A stretch of DNA of 43,444 nt from a virus (lineage: Duplodnaviria > Heunggongvirae > Uroviricota > Caudoviricetes): positions 1-43,444 of the IMG/VR virus record IMGVR_UViG_2851966386_000001; one strand, 5' to 3'. The notes under the pieces were generated by a model. The model did no database searches. It worked only from the letters and a program-made list of their open reading frames with translations, and had not been told where the DNA came from. How positions within the stretch are numbered: the first letter of the stretch is position 1; each line of letters starts with the position of its first letter. Below are positions 1 to 9,438 of the stretch, in pieces. The translations under genes were made by a program, and so were the position numbers.

Positions 1-1254
1 ATGCTGGAACAAATGGGCATTGCCGCGAAGCAAGCCTCGTATAAATTAGCGCAACTCTCCAGCCGCGAAAAAAATCGCGTGCTGGAAAAAATCGCCGATG
101 AACTGGAAGCACAAAGCGAAATCATCCTCAACGCTAACGCCCAGGATGTTGCTGACGCGCGAGCCAATGGCCTTAGCGAAGCGATGCTTGACCGTCTGGC
201 ACTGACGCCCGCACGGCTGAAAGGCATTGCCGACGATGTACGTCAGGTGTGCAACCTCGCCGATCCGGTGGGGCAGGTAATCGATGGCGGCGTACTGGAC
301 AGCGGCCTGCGTCTTGAGCGTCGTCGCGTACCGCTGGGGGTTATTGGCGTGATTTATGAAGCGCGCCCGAACGTGACGGTTGATGTCGCTTCGCTGTGCC
401 TGAAAACCGGTAATGCGGTGATCCTGCGCGGTGGCAAAGAAACGTGTCGCACTAACGCTGCAACGGTGGCGGTGATTCAGGACGCCCTGAAATCCTGCGG
501 CTTACCGGCGGGTGCCGTGCAGGCGATTGATAATCCTGACCGTGCGCTGGTCAGTGAAATGCTGCGTATGGATAAATACATCGACATGCTGATCCCGCGT
601 GGTGGCGCTGGTTTGCATAAACTGTGCCGTGAACAGTCGACAATCCCGGTGATCACAGGTGGTATAGGCGTATGCCATATTTACGTTGATGAAAGTGTAG
701 AGATCGCTGAAGCATTAAAAGTGATCGTCAACGCGAAAACTCAGCGTCCGAGCACATGTAATACGGTTGAAACGTTGCTGGTGAATAAAAACATCGCCGA
801 TAGCTTCCTGCCCGCATTAAGCAAACAAATGGCGGAAAGCGGCGTGACATTACACGCAGATGCAGCTGCACTGGCGCAGTTGCAGGCAGGCCCTGCGAAG
901 GTGGTTGCTGTTAAAGCCGAAGAGTATGACGATGAGTTTCTGTCATTAGATTTGAACGTCAAAATCGTCAGCGATCTTGACGATGCCATCGCCCATATTC
1001 GTGAACACGGCACACAACACTCCGATGCGATCCTGACCCGCGATATGCGCAACGCCCAGCGTTTTGTTAACGAAGTGGATTCGTCCGCTGTTTACGTTAA
1101 CGCCTCTACGCGTTTTACCGACGGCGGCCAGTTTGGTCTGGGTGCGGAAGTGGCGGTAAGCACACAAAAACTCCACGCGCGTGGCCCAATGGGGCTGGAA
1201 GCACTGACCACTTACAAGTGGATCGGCATTGGTGATTACACCATTCGTGCGTAA
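1..1254 (+). CDS. proA: Gamma-glutamyl phosphate reductase (complete, 417 aa)
   Basis: Full-length ORF starting at ATG at position 1; translation matches E. coli ProA as I recall it along its whole length. Confidence 0.95.
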
Positions 1255-1368
1255 ATAAAACCGGGTGATGCAAAAGTAGCCATTTGATTCACAAGGCCAT
1301 TGACGCATCGCCCGGTTAGTTTTAACCTTGCCCACCGTGATTCACGTTCGTGAACATGTCCTTTCAGG

Positions 1369-1444
1369 GCCGATATAGCTCAGTTGGTAGAGCAGCGCAT
1401 TCGTAATGCGAAGGTCGTAGGTTCGACTCCTATTATCGGCACCA
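1369..1444 (+). tRNA. thrW: tRNA-Thr (anticodon CGT), prophage attachment-site tRNA
   Basis: 76-nt sequence GCCGATATAGCTCAGTTGGTAGAGCAGCGCATTCGTAATGCG...GGCACCA with a cloverleaf-compatible layout, anticodon loop TTCGTAA and a CCA end; an integrase gene follows immediately. Confidence 0.9.
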
Positions 1445-1458
1445 TTAAAATCAATAAG

Positions 1459-2622
1459 TTACACATCATTAGTACCTTCCTTATTTTTTGACTGGGACAA
1501 ATTTGGGACCGATGGGTTCAGGATCGAGTCTATTTGCCGTGCGTGTTCGGTAAGGTGATTAGGTGCAAGGTGAGCATATCGACGAACCATTTCGATAGAC
1601 TCCCAGCCTCCCATTTCCTGTAACACTGACAACGGGACTCCGACTTGAACCAGCCAACTTGCCCAGGTGTGTCTCAAGTCGTGAAATCTGAAATCATCAA
1701 TACCAGCCCGTCTCAGCGCCGCTTTCCAGGCTGTGTTTGCGTCATACCGCATCTTCCTTACTGTTGGCGCTTTCGTTCCGTCTGGTTTGGTACAGCTTTC
1801 CTTGTACACAAATACCCAACGGTGATGATTCCCGATTTGTTTTTTCAATACGCGACATGCAGTATCATTCAGCGCAACGCCAATTGCGCGGTTTGATTTA
1901 CTCTCTTCCGGGTTTATCCATGCCACCCGGCGCTGCATATCTATTTGTTGCCATTCAAGGTTGATGATGTTCGAGCGTCTTAAGCCTGTTGCCAGTGCAA
2001 ATTCAACAACAGACTTTAATGGCTCCGGACATTCATCAATCAGCCTTTGTGCTTCATGGGGCTCCAGCCAGCGGATCCGTTTATTCTTTGGTTGAGGCAC
2101 TTTAATAATTGGTGCCTTATCCAGCATTTTCCATTCACGCTCTGCGGCTCTTAGTAGGGCCTTTATAAATGAAAGATGCGTAGCCTTCGTTGCAACGGAC
2201 GCTGGTTTTGGCGTGTATTCTGGAACAGGTTTCCCTTTTTTTCTGCATGCTTCTGCCCTGAGTTTCCAGTTTTCCTCATGACGCCGGTTCGTCATTTTCT
2301 GCATTGCTGAATAAATTTTTGATTCAGTAATGTCTCTTAGTTGCATTCCTGCGAAATGTTGAAGCCAGAATCCGATCCGGCTTTTGTCATCGTCCAGTGA
2401 TTTTTTATGTGCTTTCTCTTCAAGCCACCTGACACACGCTTCCTCGAACGTTATATCAGGTATTTCACCAAGTTTGCTGACCCGCCATGCTTCAGCCTTT
2501 AGCTTGTCATGGAGTTCTGTCGCCTGCCTTTTGTCCTTTGTTCCAAGAGACTGTTTAAATCTTTTACCGTTCGGCAATGTGAAACTGGCGTACCATATTT
2601 CACCTCTGCGGAAGAGTGACAT
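1459..2622 (-). CDS. int: Tyrosine integrase, P22-type
   Basis: 387-aa ORF adjacent to the tRNA; near-identical to P22 Int as recalled (MSLFRRGE...[13 protein letters not shown]...RRYAHL); conserved R...HxxR...Y catalytic signature region visible. Confidence 0.95.
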   Translation of the reverse strand: MSLFRRGEIWYASFTLPNGKRFKQSLGTKDKRQATELHDKLKAEAWRVSKLGEIPDITFEEACVRWLEEKAHKKSLDDDKSRIGFWLQHFAGMQLRDITESKIYSAMQKMTNRRHEENWKLRAEACRKKGKPVPEYTPKPASVATKATHLSFIKALLRAAEREWKMLDKAPIIKVPQPKNKRIRWLEPHEAQRLIDECPEPLKSVVEFALATGLRRSNIINLEWQQIDMQRRVAWINPEESKSNRAIGVALNDTACRVLKKQIGNHHRWVFVYKESCTKPDGTKAPTVRKMRYDANTAWKAALRRAGIDDFRFHDLRHTWASWLVQVGVPLSVLQEMGGWESIEMVRRYAHLAPNHLTEHARQIDSILNPSVPNLSQSKNKEGTNDV

Positions 2623-2849
2623 TTTCTTTCCTCTGTTATGCCATCACCCGCGCTCACCTGGACAGTATGCAGCGGAGACTGAAGAGCCGCAATGCAGGCT
2701 TGTCGTGTTGTGAGGTAAGGAGATTTATTCTTAGTGGGATCTTTGCGTGTTGCCTGAAGACGCCCTGTGCGTATCCAGTTAATGGCAGTCGGTCTGGATA
2801 TCTTGAGAAAATGACAGGCCTCATCGAGTGTGAGGCTGTATGGCTCCAT
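2499..2849 (-). CDS. xis: Excisionase, P22-type
   Basis: Internal ATG at 2849 preceded by a GAGGTGA RBS; product [37 protein letters not shown] resembles P22 Xis; overlaps the int 5 prime end as in P22. The longer ORF start in the track is rejected. Confidence 0.8.
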   Translation of the reverse strand: MEPYSLTLDEACHFLKISRPTAINWIRTGRLQATRKDPTKNKSPYLTTRQACIAALQSPLHTVQVSAGDGITEERKCHSSAEVKYGTPVSHCRTVKDLNSLLEQRTKGRRQNSMTS

Positions 2850-3154
2850 TATTTCACCTCTTGCTGTGACATTGTTGAAAAATGGATACCAGCTCGTTGC
2901 TGCCAGACGATCCAACCGAGAGTCATATCCCATGCCATGTATTCGTTATTGCCGTTTTTTGCTCTCCGACGATCTACTAAGTCACCGAAACGCTTTTCCA
3001 TGAATAATTCATAAGCTTCGCGTTCATCTGGTTCTACTTCCAGAGATAGGAGTGCGATTTCATAAGCACGGCGCTCAATATCGTCTCGCACGTCAAGGCT
3101 GCTGATACGCTCTTTAATTTCTTTAATCAGTTCTTTGTCGGTAAAAGTGGTCAT
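2849..3154 (-). CDS. Hypothetical early-left protein (YfdT-like, 101 aa)
   Basis: ORF in an operon context; stop overlaps the xis start by 1 nt (TAATG). Same length and order as CPS-53 yfdT, but identity is by recall only. Confidence 0.5.
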   Translation of the reverse strand: MTTFTDKELIKEIKERISSLDVRDDIERRAYEIALLSLEVEPDEREAYELFMEKRFGDLVDRRRAKNGNNEYMAWDMTLGWIVWQQRAGIHFSTMSQQEVK

Positions 3155-3516
3155 TATGCTCCAGCCTCCGGTGCTTTTGGCATTACTGCCCAGTGAGTGA
3201 TATTGACGTTTTCAAGGTCCCCGACCTGAAATGTCCACTGCCATTCTCCGGTTTCTTTTTGTCCCCAGGTGTACCAGAGAGAACGCCAGCCAATTAGCCA
3301 GCCTTCTCCGTTAGCATCGAATAACAAAACACTTTCATTTGCTGGTGGCAGTTCAGTTGACACTGGTATTACTTTGTTTTCCTGTGCTGCACATTTAGCT
3401 TCAAGCGCATCGAATTTACGCACTAGGTATTCAGCATCTGTTTCATTTACTTTCAGATCTCGCGGTACACATCTCCCACGAAGAAACCCTTCCATTTCGA
3501 AAACATTCATGCGCAT
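3154..3516 (-). CDS. DUF551-like phage protein (YfdS-like, 120 aa)
   Basis: ORF tightly packed in the leftward operon; Trp-rich C-terminus typical of DUF551 proteins from prophage early regions. Family assignment is from memory. Confidence 0.55.
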   Translation of the reverse strand: MRMNVFEMEGFLRGRCVPRDLKVNETDAEYLVRKFDALEAKCAAQENKVIPVSTELPPANESVLLFDANGEGWLIGWRSLWYTWGQKETGEWQWTFQVGDLENVNITHWAVMPKAPEAGA

Positions 3517-4043
3517 TTGCGTAACTCCGATAACTCGTTAAAGCGTTCCATAAACATCCCGTAGGCATGGCCCGGTGCCAGTGGAATCACGTTGAACATC
3601 TCTGTTGCCGGGATACCTTCCAGTACAGGCCAGAAAGAGCCATCATCAAGCCCGAGATCGCGGCGTTCGGTTGCCAGCATGATGAGATCGGCATATTTCA
3701 CGGGCGTACTCATAACTGGGGGTAACCCGTATTTCTCACGGATTACGGCGTCTATTTTTTCTTCCATTTGTTTATAGTCAGGAAGAAGGCGTTTCAGTGG
3801 TGCGGGAATGTCCTGGCAATACGCTTCTGTTGCATCATGCATTAACGCTTCAAAAGCAAATTCCTGCGGCACCAGCTGGCTGCAAAGAACCGCATGTTGG
3901 GCGACGCTGTAGAAGTGCGAAAGATGACCGGCAAAGCGACAGATATTTGAAAGGGAAACCGCGATATCGTTAATATCGATGTCGTCTTTATTTATCCTGT
4001 CATAATAAAAATGCTTCCCGGAAAAAGTTTTAATAAATGACAT
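3507..4043 (-). CDS. HD-domain phosphohydrolase, 5-prime-deoxynucleotidase-like (YfdR-like, 178 aa)
   Basis: H...HD motif (SVAQHAV...LMHDATEAY). Start chosen at the internal ATG at 4043, which has a GGAGA RBS; the upstream ATG at 4070 lacks one. Confidence 0.7.
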   Translation of the reverse strand: MSFIKTFSGKHFYYDRINKDDIDINDIAVSLSNICRFAGHLSHFYSVAQHAVLCSQLVPQEFAFEALMHDATEAYCQDIPAPLKRLLPDYKQMEEKIDAVIREKYGLPPVMSTPVKYADLIMLATERRDLGLDDGSFWPVLEGIPATEMFNVIPLAPGHAYGMFMERFNELSELRKCA

Positions 4044-4170
4044 TTTGTTCTCCACGTATATGCGCTGCACCGCGCTGAATTCTGGTAAAAAGAATCCCTC
4101 ACCATCCGGCGATTATTGAGTAAATTACGTTTCCATAAATGCCCCCGCAGGGGCATTTGCAGTAATGAAA

Positions 4171-4995
4171 TCAGGCGGTGAAAGTACCAATAAAGGTTTC
4201 TACTTTGCTGTCCTTGAATTTCTCAACAAGCAGATCACGAAATTCGTTAGCCATTTCTTCCTGCACCGCCTCCAGCTGAATAATGCGCAGAACCAGTACA
4301 GGACGATCGCCAGTGATAATACTGAGGCGTAATTTAAACGGACGTTCTTTCAGACCTTCAAACGGAACGCATTTAAATTCAAATGCCACTGGCATAATGT
4401 CTTTGGTCTTCGCTTCGACAGACTCCATCAGGGAGCGTTTGCCGCTGAAGTCATTATCTTCAAAATCAGCGGTCTGGTTTGCTTCAATCGTGATTTTACG
4501 GACAGCCGCAGCCGCTTTTGTTGCCTGAATAGCGTCACCATTAGCATCAAAGCCCACAAGATAGTCGGCCCAGTCTTCAATCCATTCTGCTAGTGACTTC
4601 TGGGAGTTACGCTCGCCGTTAACAGACAACAGAGCAGAGAACGGTGCTGTCTTTTTCAGTTTGAGTGTGGCGGTGTTATCTGCGTGACCTGGTTCATCAA
4701 TAGTACCTAGGTTAAGCACACTGACGGCACGCATATTATCAGCATCGATAAAGCAGCGGGTGCCTTCATCTGCAAGATCTTTAGAATAACGGGTAAAATC
4801 ATCGATGCTGGCAGTGGAAAGCGTACCACGGAAACGGAAGCGATTTAAATTAAATTTTTCCAGATCATGAATGCGGAAATTCTCAGGCAATGCCACAGCA
4901 TCGGCACCAATCTTACTGATAATTTCATTAACACCCTGAGCAGAAATAAGGGCATGGATTTGATTAATTGCGGTTGCGTCTAAGTTCTGAGACAT
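4171..4995 (-). CDS. DUF2303 family phage protein (YfdQ-like, 274 aa)
   Basis: 274-aa ORF; sequence resembles YfdQ of the CPS-53 prophage as recalled; preserved gene order with the HD-domain and DUF551 genes. Confidence 0.65.
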   Translation of the reverse strand: MSQNLDATAINQIHALISAQGVNEIISKIGADAVALPENFRIHDLEKFNLNRFRFRGTLSTASIDDFTRYSKDLADEGTRCFIDADNMRAVSVLNLGTIDEPGHADNTATLKLKKTAPFSALLSVNGERNSQKSLAEWIEDWADYLVGFDANGDAIQATKAAAAVRKITIEANQTADFEDNDFSGKRSLMESVEAKTKDIMPVAFEFKCVPFEGLKERPFKLRLSIITGDRPVLVLRIIQLEAVQEEMANEFRDLLVEKFKDSKVETFIGTFTA

Positions 4996-5060
4996 AATAA
5001 GTCCTCACTATATAAAGATATTCAGTGATGAGATAAATAATCAGTTAATTAAAAACGATA

Positions 5061-5423
5061 TTAACGACCTGCTGCGCGGAGTTTTCCGTCAGGTTCACCG
5101 GCAAGAGTCAGCAACTGTCCCTGGTCTTCCTGCAGAATAGTCAGGCGACCACCGCGATTGACATACATCGGCGTTTCGGTGGTGTCTTCTTCGGAAATTT
5201 TCCCGCGGTTAGTCGGGCGAACATATGAGAGTTTGTGTTTGATTTTCACTCGGTTCTCATCAAACGGTTCGATTTCTAGGTTGAGCGAGACCTTACCTTT
5301 GGTTTTCGTGTTCATCACACCGGAAGCGACTTCACTGAGAACTGCGCCGATTTTGGTTTCAAATACGCCGCCGTCCAGCTCCCCGATAAATGCCTGCACA
5401 TCAGTACTGCGTTCGCTAGCCAT
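5061..5423 (-). CDS. Hypothetical early-left protein (YfdP-like, 120 aa)
   Basis: Start chosen at ATG 5423 (MASERSTDVQ...) preceded by a GAGGAG RBS 8 nt upstream; the longer track ORF lacks an RBS and runs into a structured GC-rich region. Confidence 0.6.
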   Translation of the reverse strand: MASERSTDVQAFIGELDGGVFETKIGAVLSEVASGVMNTKTKGKVSLNLEIEPFDENRVKIKHKLSYVRPTNRGKISEEDTTETPMYVNRGGRLTILQEDQGQLLTLAGEPDGKLRAAGR

Positions 5424-5893
5424 TTTGCTGCTCCTCATCATATCGACCCTGCAAGGTCGGTTGGTTTCTCCACAAAACAGAGAAGAACACCTGCGGTGGC
5501 AGCCGCCCGGATGGATTGGGTTATGAGCCCGTCGTCCGGTGATGCTCTTCTCTGTTTTGCAAAAAAGGACGGTACCAGCCGGAAGCAAGGGTACAAACTG
5601 GTACCGCCAGGACTACACACAGCATAAAGTTGTGGTGCCGGGTGCCTCCCGGTGCCTGGCGAAGGTTGCACACCAGGCGGGTGGGTATCCACAGAAGGTC
5701 GACTGTCAGCCTCAACCTTAACCCGCGTGCGCTGAGCCGCATTCACCACAACGCTAAGGATTCTCTCTGGTTGAAAATACTTAGCTGTTATGTGCCTGCT
5801 TTTAGCCACATCAGGCGAGGTGGACCTGGTTATTCCCCAACAACAAGGATTCGGTTAATCTGGATATCCCCAACAACAATAAGAGTATTCAAT

Positions 5894-6409
5894 GTGATCG
5901 CTGAATTAACGGCAGCAATGACGGCTATTCGTGAAATCGCCCAGATTGCAAAACTAATGAACGAGGCAAAAACTCAAGCTGAAGTAAATGCGGCTATTGG
6001 TGAGCTGAACTCAAAGCTTGCGTCTATTCAGCGCGAATGCGTGTCTCTCGTTGAACTGCTGGGCTCTTATCAAGAAATAAATGCTTCTCTCAAAGCTAAA
6101 ATTGCAGAATTCGAAAACTTTGAGGCTCAGACGGAAGGCTATATCCTTAACCAACTTGAGTCGGGTACTTTTGTATACTCGAAGGAGGTAATCGTGAACG
6201 GTGACAGCATAACCATGCATCTTTGCCCAAAATGTTTTGGACAAAAGATAGTATCGATACTTCAACCATTCCCGGTTAGCGAAGATGAGCTTTTTCATAA
6301 AAGCAGGTGCCTCCACTGTGAAAATAAGTTTCTGATGAATAAAAATCCGGATTACGTATCGCCTCCATCCATTGAGGAGTTGGCCAGAAAACTTAACGGC
6401 AATCTGTAG
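5894..6409 (+). CDS. Coiled-coil protein with C-terminal C4 zinc ribbon (CPKC...x21...CLHC); unknown function, candidate exclusion/defence moron
   Basis: GTG at 5894 (AAGAG 10 nt upstream) or ATG at 5918; lower GC than flanks; followed by an intrinsic terminator. Plus strand between the minus-strand early-left operon and cI, convergent with the inferred pL. Confidence 0.55.
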   Translation: MIAELTAAMTAIREIAQIAKLMNEAKTQAEVNAAIGELNSKLASIQRECVSLVELLGSYQEINASLKAKIAEFENFEAQTEGYILNQLESGTFVYSKEVIVNGDSITMHLCPKCFGQKIVSILQPFPVSEDELFHKSRCLHCENKFLMNKNPDYVSPPSIEELARKLNGNL

Positions 6410-6447
6410 ATTGCTACTGTTGTGGATATCCAGATTGTTAAAGAGCT

Positions 6448-6472
6448 AAGCGTCCTGTAGGGCGCTTTTTTG
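6448..6472 (+). terminator. Intrinsic terminator after the zinc-ribbon gene
   Basis: Hairpin AGCGTCC-TGTA-GGGCGCT (one G-U pair) followed by TTTTTTG. Confidence 0.6.
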
Positions 6473-6557
6473 TTGCTAACGAATCATCCTGGACTTCATA
6501 TGCCCCAGGCGGCTACTTCGTGGGCGTCCTGCCTGTTCGTTATCTTTGATATAAAAT

Positions 6558-6571
6558 CTAACTTAACTTAG
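6558..6571. promoter_or_regulatory. oL-like operator (CTAAC-TTAA-CTTAG) with putative leftward pL
   Basis: Matches the palindromic operator form found at oR; lies just beyond the cI stop; further CTTAG half-sites at 6603, 6616 and 6636; candidate TTGCCA/TAGATT promoter elements on the minus strand. Confidence 0.45.
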
Positions 6572-6636
6572 TTATTATGGCAAGAGAAAACACCAAACTT
6601 TTCTTAGTTCGGTGCCTTAGTTAGAGAAGAGAGGTC

Positions 6637-7263
6637 TTAGAGTTCGTATTGAACTCCTTTGACTACACCAATGATAAGGCAATTACCATTGATAGGGATG
6701 TTGGGATACCGAGGATTTAATGGCACTAAAAACTTTTGAGGGCCATCGATGACTAATTTTTTTACTGTAGCTTCGTTTGTTCCATCAAGTCGAGCGATGA
6801 CTATTTTTCCATGACGAGGTTCTGCATCTGGATCTACAATCACTGTTGCGCCTTCTGGTATTGTTGGGAGGCCATTAGGGTTAGTCATGGAGTCACCTTT
6901 AACCTCTAATGCAAATGAGTTATCACCAATCTTTAATGATGTATCTACCCACTTGTCCACTTCACTAAACACTTCTGCTGCCCTGCACTCAGTAAACTGC
7001 CCAGCCTGAACCCACGATATTACAGGAACTCTGCGCATGTTTGTGACGAGTTTGCCTTCAAACTCAGCACCATAAAGAATGTAATCTATTGACGTATTGA
7101 AGAACTTCGCTAATTTCGAAAGTGCCTCCCCACCAGGGGTATTGATGTCTTTCTCCCAGTACCCCACAGCAACGTCGCTTACTCCACAAAATTTACCCAA
7201 TTCTTTCTGGGACGTTCCGGTAACTCTTCTCAGAGCTTTTATACGCTGACCAACCGTTTCCAT
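6637..7263 (-). CDS. cI: CI-type immunity repressor (HTH_XRE plus S24 LexA-like peptidase)
   Basis: N-terminal HTH, an Ala-Gly autocleavage site (WVQAGQF), and a GDSM...KK Ser/Lys dyad; divergent from cro. Confidence 0.9.
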   Translation of the reverse strand: METVGQRIKALRRVTGTSQKELGKFCGVSDVAVGYWEKDINTPGGEALSKLAKFFNTSIDYILYGAEFEGKLVTNMRRVPVISWVQAGQFTECRAAEVFSEVDKWVDTSLKIGDNSFALEVKGDSMTNPNGLPTIPEGATVIVDPDAEPRHGKIVIARLDGTNEATVKKLVIDGPQKFLVPLNPRYPNIPINGNCLIIGVVKGVQYEL

Positions 7264-7285
7264 AGGAGCACCATTTCTTGAATTG

Positions 7286-7348
7286 CTAAGTAATCTTAGT
7301 TTTTATTGACCAAAGATAGATTTGTAATTAGCATCTAATAAAACTTAG
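7286..7348. promoter_or_regulatory. oR operator region with pR/pRM
   Basis: Two 14-bp palindromes, CTAAGTAATCTTAG (7286..7299) and CTAATAAAACTTAG (7335..7348), between divergent cI and cro; candidate pR -35 TTGACC (7306..7311) and -10 TAGCAT (7329..7334). Confidence 0.6.
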
Positions 7349-7360
7349 TTTGGAGGGCGT

Positions 7361-7561
7361 ATGACAACTGACGATATCGAAAGCTACTTCGGCAGTATTG
7401 AGAAAGTTGCTGCTTTTTTCGGCATAACAACTGAAGCCGTTTATCAGTGGCGAAACCGTCCGGGCCAGTTAATTCCAAAAGGACGTGCAGCAGAAGCTGC
7501 ATATAGAACTTGCGGACGGTTGCCATTTAAACCTGAGCTTTATGAAAAATCTAATGGATAA
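7361..7561 (+). CDS. cro: Cro-like repressor (66 aa)
   Basis: Small HTH protein divergent from cI; GGAGGG RBS upstream of the ATG. Confidence 0.8.
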   Translation: MTTDDIESYFGSIEKVAAFFGITTEAVYQWRNRPGQLIPKGRAAEAAYRTCGRLPFKPELYEKSNG

Positions 7562-8150
7562 ATCGATTAACAGAAACCACAGAACGATGAGGCTAACCGT
7601 GGGTAAGCATCACTGGAAAGTAGAAAAACAGCCTGAGTGGTACGTGAAAGCTGTCAGAAAAACTATCGCAGCGTTGCCGGGTGGTTACGCTGAAGCAGCT
7701 GACTGGCTGGATGTAACAGAAAACGCATTATTTAACCGCCTTCGTGCCGATGGCGATCAGATTTTCCCGCTGGGATGGGCAATGATTTTGCAACGTGCTG
7801 GTGGAACTCACTTCATTGCTGACGCTGTGGCGCAGTCTGCAAATGGCGTCTTTGTGTCTCTTCCTGACGTCGAGGATGTGGACAACGCCGATATTAACCA
7901 GCGCCTGCTGGAAGTCATTGAACAGATTGGCAGTTATTCCAGACAGATTCGTTCGGCAATCGAAGACGGTGTGGTGGAACCGCATGAGAAGACAGCAATT
8001 AACGACGAGCTGTATCTCTCAATTTCGAAGCTGCAGGAGCATGCAGCACTGGTCTACAAAATCTTTTGCATTTCAGAAAGTAATGACGCCCGCGAGTGTG
8101 CAGCTCCGGGCGCCGTGGCGTGTCGTGACTGTGGAGAAACTAACGCATGA
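7542..8150 (+). CDS. Hypothetical regulatory protein in the cII position (about 202 aa)
   Basis: ATG at 7542 overlapping the cro 3 prime end (an alternative ATG is at 7554); acidic and Cys-containing C-terminus; no confident family assignment. Confidence 0.5.
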   Translation: MKNLMDKSINRNHRTMRLTVGKHHWKVEKQPEWYVKAVRKTIAALPGGYAEAADWLDVTENALFNRLRADGDQIFPLGWAMILQRAGGTHFIADAVAQSANGVFVSLPDVEDVDNADINQRLLEVIEQIGSYSRQIRSAIEDGVVEPHEKTAINDELYLSISKLQEHAALVYKIFCISESNDARECAAPGAVACRDCGETNA

Positions 8151-8485
8151 ACAGTTTAACAACACACTACCGTCGCTCGCAACTGATTGCGCTTCCTGTA
8201 CCGGGTGGAAAAGCGAAGGTGGAGTATTGCTATGCAGTTAATGTACCAGGTGACAGGGAAATTGTAACCCACAGCTTTGCTGAGTGGGCTGTGGGTGATT
8301 TCAACCGGCAGAAGGAGACAGTCCTTTGCGACAAGTTAACCGCTGGTTCAAAGATCACTACGGAGTGCCCGTCAGAGTCATTCGTTGGGAGCCGGAAACA
8401 CAACGAGTTATCTACCTCCGCGAAGGCTATGAGCATGAGTGCTTCAGCCCGCTCGAACAGTTTCGTCGTAAATTCAGGGAAATAG
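8147..8485 (+). CDS. Hypothetical protein (uncertain frame; see alternative ORF 8326..8505)
   Basis: ATG with a GGAGA RBS and an ATGA overlap with the upstream gene, but the C-terminal half is low-complexity. A second frame (TTG 8326, AAGGAGA RBS) gives a more protein-like 59-aa product ending at 8505. Confidence 0.35.
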   Translation: MNSLTTHYRRSQLIALPVPGGKAKVEYCYAVNVPGDREIVTHSFAEWAVGDFNRQKETVLCDKLTAGSKITTECPSESFVGSRKHNELSTSAKAMSMSASARSNSFVVNSGK

Positions 8486-8494
8486 AGGTCGGTC

Positions 8495-9436
8495 ATGAGC
8501 ACTAAATTAACCGGCTATGTATGGGATGGTTGCGCTGCATCAGGCATGAAATTATCCAGCGTGGCAATTATGGCCCGCCTGGCTGATTTCAGTAATGACG
8601 AAGGTGTGTGCTGGCCATCAATTGAAACCATTGCCCGTCAGATTGGCGCGGGGATGAGTACCGTCAGAACGGCTATCGCACGGCTGGAAGCAGAAGGCTG
8701 GTTAACGCGTAAGGCGCGTCGCCAGGGTAACCGCAATGCGTCGAATGTTTATCAGCTTAACGTTGCGAAGCTTCAGGCAGCGGCATTTTCTCAACTGTCA
8801 GATTCTGACCCGTCAAAATCTGACGCATCAAAATCTGACACGTCAAAATTTGATGCGTCGAAATCTGGCAAAAAAGCGGGTTTTCACCCGTCAGAATCTG
8901 GCGGGGATCCGTCAGTAAAATCAAAACATGATCCGTCAGATAAAAAACCTTCTCGTCCGGACGCTTCGCAACCGGACACGCAGACGGCTGAACAGGATTT
9001 TTTAACTCGCCATCCTGACGCGGTTGTATTCAGCCCTAAAAAGCGCCAGTGGGGAACGCAGGATGATTTGACCTGCGCACAGTGGCTCTGGAAAAAAATC
9101 ATTGCCCTGTACGAGCAGGCCGCCGAATGTGACGGCGAGGTGGTTCGTCCCAAAGAACCGAACTGGACAGCATGGGCAAACGAAATTCGCCTGATGTGTG
9201 TGCAGGATGGTCGTACTCACAAACAAATCTGCGAGATGTACAGCCGCGTCAGCCGCGATCCGTTCTGGTGCCGTAACGTGCTCAGCCCGTCGAAGTTGCG
9301 GGAAAAATGGGATGAGCTTTCCCTGCGCTTATCGCCATCCGTCAGCACGCACACAGAAAAACGTGAAGACCCGTACTTCAAAGCCAGTTACGACAACGTG
9401 GACTACAGCCAGATCCCGGCAGGATTCAGGGGGTGA
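8495..9436 (+). CDS. Replication initiator (O-like; N-terminal winged-helix, internal iteron-encoded repeat linker)
   Basis: AGAGG RBS; N-terminal HTH region; the Ser/Asp/Lys repeat linker (SDPSKSDASKSDTSKFDASKS) is encoded by DNA iterons, as in lambda O where ori lies inside the gene. Confidence 0.7.
   Translation: MSTKLTGYVWDGCAASGMKLSSVAIMARLADFSNDEGVCWPSIETIARQIGAGMSTVRTAIARLEAEGWLTRKARRQGNRNASNVYQLNVAKLQAAAFSQLSDSDPSKSDASKSDTSKFDASKSGKKAGFHPSESGGDPSVKSKHDPSDKKPSRPDASQPDTQTAEQDFLTRHPDAVVFSPKKRQWGTQDDLTCAQWLWKKIIALYEQAAECDGEVVRPKEPNWTAWANEIRLMCVQDGRTHKQICEMYSRVSRDPFWCRNVLSPSKLREKWDELSLRLSPSVSTHTEKREDPYFKASYDNVDYSQIPAGFRG
8808..8945. repeat. Origin-like iterons (4 tandem 15-bp TCAAAATCTGAC-type repeats, then 4 CCGTCAG-type repeats) inside the initiator gene
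   Basis: Direct repeats CGTCAAAATCTGAC / CATCAAAATCTGAC / CGTCAAAATTTGAT / CGTCGAAATCTGGC, followed by CCGTCAGAATCTGG, CCGTCAGTAAAATC and CCGTCAGATAAAAAACC. Confidence 0.65.
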
Positions 9437-9438
9437 TC

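Noticed and set aside
741-1335. Antisense ORFs within proA (741..1052 and 946..1335 minus)
   Set aside because: They overlap a full-length conserved proA; shadow ORFs.
2384-3014. Plus-strand ORFs 2384..2713 and 2616..3014 overlapping int and xis
   Set aside because: int and xis on the minus strand are near-identical to P22 and have proper RBSs; the plus-strand ORFs are shadows.
5438-5809. ORFs 5438..5809 minus, 5521..5742 minus and 5539..5721 plus, and the 5-prime extension of 5630..6409
   Set aside because: They are mutually overlapping in a GC-rich inverted-repeat region, have Pro/Ser/Gly/Arg-rich translations and no RBS; interpreted as structured non-coding DNA.
5430-6409. Retron (msr/msd with flanking inverted repeats) hypothesis for the structured region
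   Set aside because: No reverse transcriptase gene follows; the adjacent ORF is a small zinc-ribbon protein.
8808-8945. Tandem short repeats considered as a possible CRISPR array
   Set aside because: Repeats are 12 to 15 bp, degenerate, without unique spacers, and lie inside the replication initiator ORF; they are origin iterons.
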